Source: Chara braunii (lineage: Eukaryota; Plantae; Charophyceae). From it: a DNA stretch of 64,000 nucleotides. The DNA lies in NCBI GenBank assembly GCA_003427395.1, contig BFEA01000011.1, forward strand, positions 1,871,550 to 1,935,549. Reading direction: 5' to 3'. Below are positions 10,601 through 25,300 of this stretch, in pieces. The notes beneath the pieces are model-generated. The model saw only the letters and a list, made by a program, of their open reading frames with translations. It ran no database searches and had not been told where the DNA came from. The translations under genes and the position numbers were made by a program. Each line of letters opens with the position of its first letter. Within the stretch, counting starts at the first letter, position 1.

Positions 10601-13600
10601 GAGGAAGTAGGTGTCAAACCATCTTGTTTATGTTCAACTTGGTGACTATATTCAGGAATGAGGGTAGTTGCTTAAACTCATCCACCCTGGACCATCTACT
10701 TGAATATACTCTGTTGAATCTAAGCGCTTGAATCCATTCTCTTAAGGCCATTCATTTGAGGATATCCATTTAAAAATTATCCATTCATATCATTTTATTT
10801 TAAACCTATTCACGTGAAATTATCTATCTGATGCATTTATTCATGGTTAATTGTTTGAGTTAACTATCTGAGTTTATTTATTCCAGACTGTGCACTTAAA
10901 TTCATCCGTCTGAGCTAATCAAATTTCACTATTCATCTATATTTTGAGCTCGTTTGTCTGGATTGCTCTCCTTATAAAGGTTAGAGAAGCTACGCAGAAT
11001 CCACGTCCGACGCGGGTTCGGGGGTGAATGGAGTGACCGACTCCTTGGGAGAAGAAATCCTCTCAAGAGGTGGTCAATGTGTAGAGTCTTACAATCCTAA
11101 TTATCCTTTCCCTGACACATGGCTTGAAGGAACTATAAATCCGTCTTCTATGGTAGTAGTGAAACCCGCGCCGGAACTATGTTCCTGGTCTATAGTAGGG
11201 TGTTGTCACCTGACTCTTTGAGGAATGGTGACTACATTACTACTGAGAAGGAGGAAAGTGTTTGAACCTTGTTAGACTATGGTCTATGATGGAGGCAACT
11301 ACTGCATGCCGCAAGGAGGTAGGGGGTGATTCCCCAACTATCTTTGTGTCAAGTGAGTTCATCATCACGAGTAAGGATATGTCATCCTGGAACGTGTACG
11401 GTGAGGTTGTCTACTAATTGACAAGAGTTTGCAAGGAACGGATATTGGAATCGAAGGGTGAAGCAGTGAGGCTTGGTCCTTGAGCGGGGCTCGGGAGTCT
11501 AAGATGTTATCCCTTTTGGGGATTACACTGCCCCTTGACACAACATACTCCTGTCAAAGCCCGGGGAGTAGAATGTAGTACTCTCATTATTTTTGCATCG
11601 AAAAACATTTATCATTAAAAATATTTATTGATACAGCATGACTGTTGTCTATGATCATAACAGATACCGTAAGTTTTTCGTCATCACCAATGCATGCATA
11701 TGCTTATTAGGTTTGTCTCTTCGCTTGCTGAAACTATTTACATACTCAACTATTATAATTATTAACTATTGTGATTACTATGGCAGTATGTCCCCACTAT
11801 GAGTAACAATCATTATAATAATTTATGACCTTCAGAAATTGCAAATGCATTGCTATCGCAATATACTATTATGACTTATTTTTGAACGGTGTTAGGCGTT
11901 GGATATTAGCAATGATAGTAAGGTATGGTTTGAATAGTACCCTTAAGGAAGAACATTATAGGAAGAAGAGACTTTGTGTAGTGATGGAATATGTTTGTTG
12001 GGCGTTTGTCTGTGTGAGCAGGACCTAGGGGTAGTTGAAGAAGGCTAGAATGTCGTATGCTAGGGGAAACCCCAATATACTGTTAGACCAAATACCCTGG
12101 CTATGCTTTTACATGCGACACGGTAACGGCGTCGGCTACCATGACGGAGCCAGTCTGGGATGAAAAGGGTGTGCACGCTTTGGCGTAGCACTTGAAACGA
12201 TTTCCTAGGCTGTCAAGACCAGGGCGAATAGGTGATAAAATTTTGAAAGTAGTGCGCGCGTTGTTATGACGCGCGCTGTAATGGTTACAATCGGTAGTAA
12301 TGCCCCGTCAACAGAAGAGGTTGAGGGGTTGATCGGGTTGGTATTGTGTCGGGTAGATCTACGACACACACACTGCGACTTAATCGTTGGTACATTAGTC
12401 TGGATAAATTAATATACGCTCCGACCGTACGGTCGGGGCGATTGAAAATGTATGATTATCAAGTTGCAGTAGTGCTCGGATTGTCGCGCTTGCTCGAGTG
12501 GTATCTCTAACCTTACTCGTATACTGCAAGTAAGGTTGTGGCTCTCGCTCGGCCTCCCAAGGGGGGCGTTTGCCTCTTGGACGATGACTTCCTGACCGCG
12601 CGGGCACCCAAGCAGCCAGTATTTCCTCCCTTTCGGAGAGAAACTTCATCACAGGCGCTGATATCGTTCACATTAGCCCTAGACTCAGGCTACTTGAAGT
12701 GGTACCCACCTACCTACCGGTACTAGGCCTCTAAAAATGCCAACTTTTGTTTTCTCCTACTCGACCTCGAGTACGCGGCACGTCTGCCTTTACTAGGTGT
12801 GGTACCGGCCTACCTGCCACTTGAGTGTTTTCCCCACTGTTCTAAGTGTGTGAGTTTACCCTATTACCTTATAACTTTCCCGCCGCATCCCTCAAAGCCA
12901 CGACTATAGGTAAGTACCGGCCCTTCGGATCTTCCGATCGATTGAGGACCCAGGCGGGTCACACATACACTCAAGCCGACAAGCACTCAGACAGGCACGC
13001 AGACCAGCAAGCGTGCACTCACATACACAGACCTGGGAAACAGGCTCAGGCCACCGGTCGGACTGAGCCCCGCTATCGAACTTATACCTGAGTTGCTCCC
13101 TTATTTCTCGAAGTGGGAGCTAGCTCAATAGGTTTTAGTGGTGCTTGACAAGCCGGGGATGTGGGGATCGAGGCCTACTGCCCTCTGAAGTTAGTTTCCT
13201 TTTCACAGGGAGCTTTACTTTTGCTAGGTTTCGGTCGGTCGGGACTTGAACCCGCGACCTCGTCATTAGAATTAATTGTAGTTGCCCCGTTGAAACGGGG
13301 CTTGACACTTGGCGAGTTAGAGTAGTTATAGTTAGATCCTGTTAGATTTTTTTTTTTTTTTTTTTTTTTTTTCCTTTTTCGATTTCTTAATTTTTTCTTT
13401 TATTTCTTGTTGAGTTATTATTTTCGTTATTTTTCCTTTTGACGAGTACAAACCCCGTGTAACTTACTTCAGTGTATTTGGCCCGAATGTTGGGCAAATT
13501 CATTCCTGGGACGTCTTTGATACCTCGAGGCAACTGAAGATCGTCGAACGAGGTAGACCGAACGCTACCATGCATGCGAGTCGGACGTGGTGCGGTCGAG

Positions 13601-14280
13601 TGGGCAAAGCGAGGAAGATGAAGCGCGGTGCAGCAAGAGGGGCCGCGCTGTTGGGAAGAACGAGATGGCGCCGAAAGGGGAGATGCGTGCGGGGGTAGCA
13701 GAAGGGGAACGCGCAAAGGAATAGGAAATGGATCGTAGAAGGAGGCGGCGCGTGGGGAAGACGGTAAGAAGAGGAGTGGGAAGGGAGCAAAGAGGAGAAC
13801 GGCGGAGGAGACGAGGGAGAAAGGGAGTGTTGCGCGAAGAAGCGAAGGCGACCACGCAGGAGAAGGTGGTCGCGCGCAAAGAAGAAGAAAAAGAAGAAAA
13901 GGAAGGGCGAGCGAAGGAGAGAGAGAAAGAAACAAACGAGAAGGAAACAACGGAGGAGAGGACTACGATGAACGAGGCTACGGCGACGAGGAGTGAGTGA
14001 TGCGGGAGAGATGAGCACCGCGAAGTTAAGCGAGAGGGAGACTCTCGAAGCGGAAATGGAGCGCGGGGTGCAGTAGAGATGGAACGCGGGGTGCGGTAGA
14101 GATGGTGCGCGGGGTGTGGTGGTGATGATGCGCGGAAGCGAGCGAGGTAGCGCATGGGAAGTACAGAAGGAGAAGAAGAAGAAGAAGAAGAAGAAGAAGA
14201 AGAAGAAGAAGAAGAAGAAGAAGAAGGAGGAGGGGGAGAAAGGAGTAGGAGAAGAGAGAGAAGAGAAGGGGATTCATCGC

Positions 14281-14356
14281 GACGGGGTGGATTGTTGTAA
14301 CTATTGATCTTGAAAAATGAATGCTTAGTAAGCGCGAGTCATCAGCTCGTGCTGAT

Positions 14357-14391
<35 letters not shown>

Positions 14392-14486
14392 TCTACCGAT
14401 TGAATGGTCCGGTGAAGTGTCTGGATCCCGGTGATTTCGGCAGTTTGCCGCTGGGGGTCCTATGAAACGTTCGTTGAACCTTACCA
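14281..14486 (+). pseudogene. 18S rRNA 3'-region fragment, copy 2
   Basis: Same SSU motifs as 1281-1487, with independent substitutions. Confidence 0.93.
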
Positions 14487-15093
14487 CGAAGAAAGGAGAA
14501 GAAGAGAAAGGAGGAGAAGAAGAAGAAGAAGAAGAAGAAGAAGAAGAAGAAGAAGAAGAAGAAGATGAAGAAGAAGGAGAAAGGAGAAAGAAAGGGAAAG
14601 GAAAGAGGAGAAGGACACTTACCTGGCCGTGCGAACACGACAACGATGCTGACGACACTGACTACGACGACGACGATGACGGATCGAGAGATTGAGAACA
14701 GGTAAGTTTTCGATCTCGCAACCGGTCCCCGATGCTTCCCTCGGTAGGATGAACACTACCACACTACCTGTGTGTGTGTGTGTATGTGTGTGAGTGTCGA
14801 TGTGTGTGTGTGTGCGGGTGTGCACGTGCGTAGAGTGCGGTGAGGGACTCGTGATACTTCCAATGATAGGATCAGATTAATCGAATGAACCTACCACTAA
14901 AACATGGAAATATATGCTACTACTATGTGTATTCCGTAAGTGTGTATATGCGTTTAAGTACGTGCGAGTGAGTGTGCATAAGTGTTATTACGTGGTCACC
15001 TATAGATCATTGTCGCTGCATCCGGGCAACAAAAACGCACCTTATTTTTTTCACTGTACCGGACTGTATCGGACTCAAAAGGTAAATAGTATA

Positions 15094-15133
<40 letters not shown>

Positions 15134-15549
15134 TTCATTTGACAATCAGACCCGCTCTCTTCCTTACTTATACGTGGCATCTGTGTGCGCGGGACCGAGG
15201 TTGTGAGTGAGGTGAGAGACATACCTGGTGCTGGATGCGTGCGACACTGGTCGATGTATGCTCGTACTTCGGGGGAGCTGTTGTCGTCAGCTTCGGCATT
15301 GTAGTATAGGCTAGATAGGATTTGTCGTATGTAGTCTGGGCGCCAAGCGCCAGATAGGATATCAACTCTGATTCTTCGTTGATGATGATGGGACTATATC
15401 AGCATTGTCATTTATGAGCTTTTGCTGTGCTCTTATGTGGTGAAACTCGTGATACAATTCTGCTGTTGGTTCAAGGACACGATTATCTGGTCTTGTGTAT
15501 ATGATGCTGTTTGATTGCTGAAGTTCGTTATTTTTCATCTTTCTTGCAC

Positions 15550-15600
<51 letters not shown>

Positions 15601-15970
15601 GTGCACTATGGTCCTTGGGTACAACTGTGAGTTGGGGAACGAGGTTGTGAATGAGGCGAGAGACGGACTTGGTGGTGGAAGCATGCGACATTGGTCGCTG
15701 TATGCTCGTACTTCAGAAAGTTATTGTCGTCATCACTCGGCTGTAGTCTAGACTAGATAGGATGTGCCATCTGTGGTCTGGGCGCCGAGCGCCAGATAGG
15801 ATATAAACTCTGGTTCTTTGTTAATGATGATGAGACTATTCGAGCATTCTCAATTATGAGCTTTTGCAGTGCTCTTATTTGGTGAAACTCGTGATGCAAT
15901 CTTGTTGTTGGTTCAAGGTCACGAATATCTGGTCTTGTGCTGAAGTTTGCTATTACTCATCTTCCTTGCA

Positions 15971-16024
<54 letters not shown>

Positions 16025-17762
16025 TAAGCAATCAAACTCACTTTTATTGACACTTTTCATGCATATAAACGCAAGCGCAGCAAACTGGCAACATGTGCCC
16101 ACTCAAAACGCAGAGATATGGCATCCTGATACGAGTTCACTTCCAATTGGCTATAGCGACTCAGCGCCCAAATAACTCTCTGGTAGCATACACCGGATCA
16201 CCCGGGATACCACACAGGCGACACTTTGCATGCCCGTACACGACGCACCACCTATAACCATGCTCATACCACTATGGCTACACACTTCTTTCACCCGCAC
16301 TACGCTCTCCGGGCATCTGCAGGCCACCGTTGCACGAGCCGCTGTAGCAGCGGCTCTCCGTGGCTTACGAGGGGATAAATAATGGCTCGTCACTACATCT
16401 TGATTTAAACTCTTGTTTTGGAATGACCTGTTTCATCGGATCATGGTGCTCACAGTCCCTCGTGGTACTTGTTGAACTAGACTGGGACAGCCACAGTCTG
16501 AAACAGACAGACTCAGACTAGGACAGACACGGTCTGAGATAGATAGACGCAGTCTGGGACAGACGGGCATAGTCTGAGCCAGACAGACACAGTTTGAGAC
16601 AGACAAAAACAGTCTGGGACAAACAGACAAGACTCACACACAGAAACGTGGAGGCACACAATGCACAGTAACACACGCACAAATACACAGCGATGCAGGG
16701 TGACACATGCAGTCACACATTCACACAAACTCAGATACATTATAATACATACAGCTACTGTGACACACACAGACATCTGCGTGTACACAGACAGACACAC
16801 ACACAAGTGTTGTGACACACACAGACAGCTGCGTGTACACAAACAGCCACACGCACACAGTGCACAGCGACACAGTGACACATACACGGTGACACGAAGT
16901 GCACAATGAAACACACAGTGAAACAAAGTGCACAGACACACAGTGCACAGCGACACACAGTCACAAAGACACAGTAGGACTCACACAAACACTGTGACAT
17001 ACACACATACACAGTGTCCCACACGCTGACACAGTGTCATATACACAGTGACACAAGACACAGTCACAGTGACACAAACACTATGACACACACTGTGACT
17101 GGTGCACACACACAGCGAAAACAAACGTACACGGTGAAAAATGCAGTCACTATGACATACACACAGACACAGTCACAGTGGACAGTGACACCCACTCGAC
17201 TCTGGAACACCCTGAATGTTCGTTTAAGGTCCTCGCTCCAGTAATTTCCAACAAGGATCTCAGACATTTTCTGCGAACTAGTTGATTGAAGCGCAATCCG
17301 GGTCGCGCTATGTGCCTTGGGCATACGTAGCATGGAGCTGGGGTATTACAAAGTGGCTACGGACCACTAGGAGCGCAGCATTGACACCACGCCCGCGCGC
17401 AGGCATTAGGTGGCATGAGCAGCAGCCGGACAGAGAGATACTATCAGGGCTATGGCAGGCATGCCGAAATAGCAAGCATGCACCCACACCGCTTGCAAGC
17501 CGGCACGCAAGGGCAGTAAGTGTGCATACCCGCTAGCTTGGGGAATCGTGAGCTTCCAGTCGGGTTGTCCAGTCCGGGACTGCGAGCCGTTGCTATGATA
17601 AGCCGGAGTGACGAGGTTGGCAAAGAAAGGGAAGACCGAAAAAGGGGACAAATGAGAGGGGAGCAAGAAGGGGAAGAGTTCTGACAAGGGAAACATCAAC
17701 GAAAGGGCAGCTTCTTTTCCTTAATCCGATTAATATAATACTATCATTCTTACTATTCTTAC

Positions 17763-17832
<70 letters not shown>

Positions 17833-18860
17833 GTTATTATTATTATTATTATTTGTGTCGTTATTACTGTTATTACTATTATTACTTTATTTATTTTATT
17901 ATTTTATTATTATCAACTGTTATTGCTTGATTATTTCTGCTACCTTTGTTAGTTACTTTTGTCATCATTAGGCATCATACAGGGCCAGAGATGAAGAGAA
18001 AGCATGGGGCATTGGAGAGGGAGGTGACGATATCCTTTTGCAATAAGTACCCACCTCCTTCATCCTTCTCCGTACTTATTTTTGTTTTTGGTCCTCTCAG
18101 AATGCCTGCCTNCTCGGTTTAATTGTTTGACGACGANATTCCCGTTAAAGTTAATCTTGACATCAGCTAANTCTAAGNACCAACAATCGATTGCGTGAGT
18201 TATATATATGACCAATGANAGGGCGATTGCGGGAGCTCTGCCGGAGTTCAGGCGGAACTCTGGAGNCAGGGAACAGTGAGGTGTGTGCACTTCAACATAA
18301 ACCCTANGCCCTAAACCCTAAATCTATAACCTTGAGGCAGCTACCTATGAATGTGTTATTAAAGAAGGTACGTGAGTCAATGATCCTCCAGGGCTAAGCC
18401 CGATGACAGATAAGCAAACAATAGTGCTTGAGTAAGGGAAGGGAAGCATGATCTGTNTGGGAATGTCTAACTGATGTTGGTAAACGTAGCGAGAACGAGA
18501 AGTGCCAAGTCACTGTCTCGCTACATGGATGTTTCTTTTANGATGTGATGGACGGGGACAGGGATAAACTTCTGGCAATCTTCCCTCGCTTATAGGTCAC
18601 CTGACCNTGAGATAAAGAGTTGGGGACCGTGAGTNTGTTGTCGAGCTTGTGAANGATATGACCTCTTTGAAATGATAGATTGCCTCAATCAACCTTATCC
18701 TATGGCTAACTCACACCCTCGTATTCCTAAAAGATCCAGACTAACTCAATTAAGGATCAGTCGGACGAATTTAAGANATNAGGTGCAAGTCCNGTGTGAC
18801 CCACCTGCGTGGTCCTAAAGGCTTCCGGATGGTCCAGGACTGGGATTGAGCGACAAACGT

Positions 18861-20006
18861 TAATACTATATATTAGGCGATAAGAGAAACGAGGTTCTAA
18901 GAAGNNNNNNNNNNNNNNNNNNNNNNNNNNNNNNNNNNNNNNNNNNNNNNNNNNNNNNNNNNNNNNNNNNNNNNNNNNNNNNNNNNNNNNNNNNNNNNNN
19001 NNNNNNNNNNNNNNNNNNNNNNNNNNNNNNNNNNNNNNNNNNNNNNNNNNNNNNNNNNNNNNNNNNNNNNNNNNNNNNNNNNNNNNNNNNNNNNNNNNNN
19101 NNNNNNNNNNNNNNNNNNNNNNNNNNNNNNNNNNNNNNNNNNNNNNNNNNNNNNNNNNNNNNNNNNNNNNNNNNNNNNNNNNNNNNNNNNNNNNNNNNNN
19201 NNNNNNNNNNNNNNNNNNNNNNNNNNNNNNNNNNNNNNNNNNNNNNNNNNNNNNNNNNNNNNNNNNNNNNNNNNNNNNNNNNNNNNNNNNNNNNNNNNNN
19301 NNNNNNNNNNNNNNNNNNNNNNNNNNNNNNNNNNNNNNNNNNNNNNNNNNNNNNNNNNNNNNNNNNNNNNNNNNNNNNNNNNNNNNNNNNNNNNNNNNNN
19401 NNNNNNNNNNNNNNNNNNNNNNNNNNNNNNNNNNNNNNNNNNNNNNNNNNNNNNNNNNNNNNNNNNNNNNNNNNNNNNNNNNNNNNNNNNNNNNNNNNNN
19501 NNNNNNNNNNNNNNNNNNNNNNNNNNNNNNNNNNNNNNNNNNNNNNNNNNNNNNNNNNNNNNNNNNNNNNNNNNNNNNNNNNNNNNNNNNNNNNNNNNNN
19601 NNNNNNNNNNNNNNNNNNNNNNNNNNNNNNNNNNNNNNNNNNNNNNNNNNNNNNNNNNNNNNNNNNNNNNNNNNNNNNNNNNNNNNNNNNNNNNNNNNNN
19701 NNNNNNNNNNNNNNNNNNNNNNNNNNNNNNNNNNNNNNNNNNNNNNNNNNNNNNNNNNNNNNNNNNNNNNNNNNNNNNNNNNNNNNNNNGTAAGAGGAGC
19801 AAGGCTCCGGGAAGCCTGCCTTACCACCGTAATACTATATATTAGTCGATAAGAGAAGCGAGGCTCTAAGAAGCCTGCCTTATCACCATATTAACGTATA
19901 TACTAGATGGTAAGAGGAGCGAGGCTCCGGGAAGCCTGCCTTACCACCATAATACTATAATACTAGGTGATAAGAAAAGCCAAGCTCCGAGAAGCCTGCC
20001 TTACCA
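18861..20006. repeat. Second copy of the alternating-hairpin array (mostly gap)
   Basis: The same A/B subunits are present on both sides of the gap at 18905-19789. Confidence 0.9.
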
Positions 20007-21097
20007 TTGAGTGTATCCTGATCGATCTACCACAGATTTCTGCTACCATATAATTGATTCAGTCCATTGCTAACTTGCTAACATCTGGTTATAGTAAGGA
20101 AGGATTAGTGAGATCTTGACCCCGAGAGACTTATCACCCCTTTGAAATTCTAATTTGATCTTTATCATGAGATTCCTCTCTGAATTGAATGGATGATATT
20201 GCTTGTGATTACTAGAGACATAGGGTTTTTATTTGACCTATTAAAAAGGGAAACTAAGTAGAACCGCTGTAACAAAAGGGTTGGGAATGCATTTTGTTCG
20301 TTGCCTAGACTAACCGGGCAGTGGACTGGCAGTTAGATTAGGATAGAAGTTACGCAGTACGTCTACGGTGAGCGCCGAGTTCTGGATCACAAATCTAGAA
20401 GAGATCTTCTAGAACCAGAGATCGGAAAGAAGATGTTAAGATTCTTTCGGGCTGTGCTGTGTCTACAGGTTCATCACTCTTGGAGAGGCTACGGAAGAAA
20501 ACCGTAAGGAAATGCAAATTTTGTTATCATTGGATAACAGGTCGGTAGAACTCCGACTCAACTTCCACATGGCTTGATATCCACACCTAAGACAAGACCT
20601 AAGAAGGAAACAGATATATCTTCCCCCTGTATCTATGCCTAAATTGTCCAAATCACACTCGGAGGTCTTTGAAAATGTGAAGGGCTGGGGTAAAAGGAGT
20701 CAGGATTAGGAAGGAATGTTGTTTTCAAGGTTTTGGGGCGTGAGGGACTTGCTATGAATGTGTTAAAGGTTGACGCTTGTAGCGCATTCTGTGTTTGCAT
20801 CTGTATGCGTGTATATGATTTCTTGCATCTGCACAGGTGTTGGGCATTGAACTGTCTTCTGAATTTGGGATCGTCCGGGATATTCGGACACCGGACACAG
20901 CAATTGTGAAATTGAGATCTACCGCTCATTCAGCTCCCTTACCGCTCATTCAGCTCCCCTGACTTACGTACATACTTATATATATATATATATTAACCCA
21001 TGATGCGTTTTATACAAAATAATTCATTGCAATTATCACCAAAGTATAACATAAATCTAAAGTTTGTTTTTTATCTACTCGTAAACAAGGAAATTCT

Positions 21098-21173
<76 letters not shown>

Positions 21174-21677
21174 TCACAAACAGAATATATATATATATCT
21201 GTGAATGAGATCATAAGATGGTCGGAGTTTTGGAAGTCATCTGTCTATAATTATTTTGAGAATGAGAGATTACAAAAGGGTTTGACTCTGGTTTTTCTCG
21301 TAAGGTCAACAAAGGAGACATAGAGTCATTGTCATAGTTAGTTAAGCGTGGAAGACAGTCCGGAAAGGTCGACCTGATTAGATAGTCGGTCGGGGGGAGT
21401 TAGCACCTCGAGGCACAATATACGGGTCAGTCTTAAGGCGTTCTACCACGGGTATGCCTATGCTACGGCGATCAAGAAAACGCCCTCGGCTGGCCTACCT
21501 CTGCGATTGCATGTAAAAGCCTTCGCACGTGGGTCGGTAGCTCAACAGGGATACGTCCACCTAAGGGATGGTGACAGCTCCCGCAGGTGGAGGTATGTTG
21601 TACCTCGCGGGATCCCTAACCTATCGTAGGGAGTCGCGAGAGGTATAGCACGCAAGCACGGTCGGAGTGGTGTTTCG

Positions 21678-22394
21678 TTAAAGTGACAAAAAGACTCCTG
21701 CGTGCCACGACCGTGAGGTCCGACACAAAATTACTTCGCGTCTGTGTGTTGGACCGCCGCGCTCGATACCGTCATCACTGAAATCATCTTCTTCGCCAAA
21801 GAACAAGTCCCTCTGTCCCTCTAGGAAGGTTTCCCTCACTGTTATACTTCGATAGATTATCTGCCAATGTACCGGACTAGGGACAAAGACGTCATCCATG
21901 CTAAGGAGGTTCAATACCTCAGCTGATTGCTCCGTCCAGTTTCCTCCGAACGGCCCTATTTCTACCGACAGTTTAAAGAAGTCCTGTCGAGCGCACTTGT
22001 ACAGCCTCAAAGGCGCCATCGACCGACATATTTGTTCCAATCTACCTCTGGTCCGGAAGACCGCATCCACCAGAAACGGGGGTAGCATGCACCTCATCGT
22101 TGAAAGGGGCCGCCTCATGTTTCCCCTATCCCCAAACTCCACTCGCGCCAGTTTCATCAGGCTGACCTTAGTCCAAATTGTCTCTATCCAGAGGAACGCG
22201 TCCTTTTCGTCCAGCATCACAGTTTGATAGGTTGGCTTCTGGTCTATCCACGTTTCTTCTTCCGGGAGGACGACGGATACCCTATCCTTTACGTCTATTG
22301 GCATTTTCGGACCTCTAGAATAGGCAGGAGACGACAACCACCGCGCCATCTCGTGTTCTGGTCCCGGTCCTGTTTCCATAAGAGAGCACCACAC
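21678..22394 (-). CDS. Hypothetical protein (238 aa open frame) of unknown family, probably element-borne or decayed
   Basis: Longest normal-composition ORF in the first 26 kb. No recognisable domain. It crosses the point where copies 1 and 2 stop aligning. Confidence 0.3.
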   Translation of the reverse strand: MWCSLMETGPGPEHEMARWLSSPAYSRGPKMPIDVKDRVSVVLPEEETWIDQKPTYQTVMLDEKDAFLWIETIWTKVSLMKLARVEFGDRGNMRRPLSTMRCMLPPFLVDAVFRTRGRLEQICRSMAPLRLYKCARQDFFKLSVEIGPFGGNWTEQSAEVLNLLSMDDVFVPSPVHWQIIYRSITVRETFLEGQRDLFFGEEDDFSDDGIERGGPTHRREVILCRTSRSWHAGVFLSL

Positions 22395-25300
22395 GGCCCC
22401 TCTGGTCAGACTGACCCCCTTTCTAGAAGAGAATTGTTTTCAGATCCCTCATCCGGGTCTTCCTAACCTTCTCTGCCCGTTTTCCGGATGTTGTTGCCCC
22501 GTTGTACCCCCAATTAATCACCACGAGCCGACATTAATTTTCCTTGGTTCATTTCTTCCCGACTCCTATCCATACTTATTTCCATCTTCTCTTACTCGTG
22601 TGGACTTAGACAGGGGGCGAGAATAGACTTAGAAAACTCAGTTCCGTTTCCAACAACCTCAAGCAAACTTTACAAAGGGAGGCACAAAAGAAAAACTCAG
22701 GCGATCCTCGCACACAGGTCGGTCATCTCCTCACCGGCCTTTTCCCAAAAGTGGTCTCTTCACTATTACTATCGGCAGAGTTTTATCCTATACCTCAAGC
22801 ACAGCTCAACCGTCGCGAGCGCGGTACCCAGACTCCAGTGGGGGGACACCCTCACCTTGTTGCCCATAATACCCCATCCCGTCTGCTCATCCATACTGAC
22901 ACCGAGGGTTACCCCGTGTGCTTAAATATAGGGACAAAAGTCAACCGTCCAGGCATTCACTTCCATCGGTCCGACAAGCATCAGCCTTTCCCAAACCATG
23001 CTACGAGAAGCTACTAATCGTCTCTGAGGCTCCGTCTTTGTCCGCATGCAGTGGTATTCCCCCCACCAGTCAACAGGCTAAGCCCCGCCTAAGGAGACGT
23101 TTCGCACCCCGTCCGGCAGATCATCGAGCCAAGCTCGTCACCGCTCGAACGGGAATGCTACTAATCAACCGGCGTGACAAACTCCCGTCCGACAGCTCGG
23201 TGGTCTGACCTCCACACTCGAAAACACGGCAACCTTCAAAAGAGAGCGACGTTTCGCAACCCGCACCGGCCGGTGCAGACCCATCCTTTCCCTCCGAAAG
23301 GCAGGACGCTCAAATCCCATCATGCAAACACAAGTCCCAAGTGGGACACATAGAGGACAAGTGTCTTTTTCTTGGTGCACCCAGCGCTTCCTACCCATAC
23401 TCACAATTTTCTCTCAAGACAACGAGTGTCACTCCCCCTATTTTCATACACGGTGGTTGGTTCCTTCTCGTGAGAGTCTTCAAAGGTGAGCTAGTTTTTC
23501 TTGGAGTCTAGCAACTCCCTTCATTCACTTGTCTGTCCTTTCATAGGGCGGGATTGTTCCTTCTTGATTACCCCTTTTGTTCATATGAGGTTCCTTCAAG
23601 CATTTCAAGTGAAATTGCGAGGAGCCCGCTGGGCTCCGAAGATATCAGTCGGATCACTCCGCCGCGGGATTTTCATTGGCATCCGGCCTAGGCCGAGTAC
23701 CAACCACCTGCCAGGTAACCGGAGCCCTTCTTTCGCACGAGAGAGGAACATTTGCTAAACCTCCTGAGATACCCGTGGATTTTGGTCATACCGAGTATGC
23801 CAGGTAATTTCACAGTGTCACCTATGAGCAGACTCGCATTCAAATCAGATCCTACACTCAGGACAAACGCGCTCAATACATCTGATCTATGCTCGGACTG
23901 CCCAACTACTCTACAAAGAAAACGGTGGTGGTCTTCGGTAGGTCTCTGGACATCCTCTAAAACTGAGAAGCTACCTATAAAGAGCTTGACTGAATCATCA
24001 TTGCGCTTAGCAAGTTGGAAACCCTTAGGCAACCGAACTTTGTATTGCTTACAGTATGACCCTAACATGGCATGATACAGGGCACTAATCGTAGGAATTC
24101 TCAGTCCACAGGTGCGAACTGTCATCACGTTCCACTGAGGAGATGTCTTGGTATTCGTGTATGGTGTCTTCCTGGTACTTGACTGAGATGTAATGGCATA
24201 GTATTGAACTAAAGACCGCGGTTCACGTTGGAGTCCTCACTCAGATGCCCTGATTGAAGCGGGGTTGATGACCTTTAACGCGGAATATGATTGTTTACTA
24301 AGGCTGCCATACTTACACAACATTTGAGTGGGAGAGGTTCTGAACTGTGAAAAGATAGTGTAGCACCTTCCAGATCTAAATTCATCAATCTTGACATAGA
24401 CCTCTGACAGGGCACTAATTGAGTCAGACTACACCATATCGTCCAAGAGACTAGAGTGAAACTAGGCATTTTGATATTACCAAGGAATGAAACTGCGGTG
24501 AATACACGGTAACTCAGAACTCGGAATAGTCAAGTGGTCCGAAGAAACCCACGTGGACGCTGCTCAATCGCCCTAGTGTAATGGGTCCCAGTCAAGAAAC
24601 AGAAAGTGACAACACAGTTAGAGTGACCTGCTCGTTGGACCAAGGCAGAACAGAAGGTTGGGAAGAAAGAGTAATTGAGAACCTTCACTATTAAACGAGA
24701 TTCATGATGGAATACGCCCTGACGCTGGTGAAAGACCAGACAAGGATAGAATACACCTACTATCTTCATGGGGCTGGCGGAAGACTGCACAACACATTCT
24801 CATCAGTAGGAGCAATTGAGGAAGCAAGGAAAGTTGTGACTGCTGACCAGTAGGTGAATTTTGTCATCAATTTCAAGAGAAACGTGCAAGCATTAGATAA
24901 AGACACACTAGGGAGGACAGACTAGATCTGAAATTTGTTACAGTCAGACACACGGTACATCATCAGATCACGAACAGCAATTGATGCAGCCACGAAACTG
25001 AGAAAGTCAGAAGAGCAACAACTATCATTCACATGAGTACAGTTCAGTTATCTCCAGTTGAAGGGTCAGTCCTGACCAATCTCAATCAGATCGCACTCAA
25101 GGAATTTTTTCAGTATCAGTATGTCAGTGCAGCGGTTTTCGGACGAGGAGATCTGTCAATCTTCGTTGTTCTTACCAATTTCGCATGTGGAACCATCCAT
25201 GATTTGAGGCCCTATGTGAAGAAGAGCAAGGAAACTCATGACCAGTTTGATGCAGTCTAGATCACAGCAGCCACATATCTTGAAAGGAAGAAGAGGGAAC

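Larger units (their letters stand above)
1..12957. repeat. Copy 1 of a ~13-kb composite tandem unit (may extend left of the window)
   Basis: The sequence at 1 (gtcacacatacactcaagccgacaagcac) recurs at 12958. Colinear homology runs 1-~9201 vs 12958-~21762. 9202-12957 has no counterpart in copy 2. Confidence 0.9.
12958..21762. repeat. Copy 2 of the composite unit (shared part)
   Basis: Colinear with 1-9201, roughly 90% identical by eye outside the identical block. Homology stops after ggaccgccgcgc at ~21762. Confidence 0.9.

Noticed and set aside
12421-12436. Perfect 16-bp palindrome ccgaccgtacggtcgg
   Set aside because: Isolated, and not followed by a Helitron-type CTRR end or other supporting context.
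18757-19827. Long ORFs spanning N runs (also 6150-7419, 37090-37923, 42458-43382)
   Set aside because: They are open only because gap Ns contain no stops.
1-21762. rDNA tandem repeat (13-kb period with 18S sequence)
   Set aside because: Only ~205 bp of degenerate 18S is present, with no recognisable 5.8S, 28S or remaining 18S.
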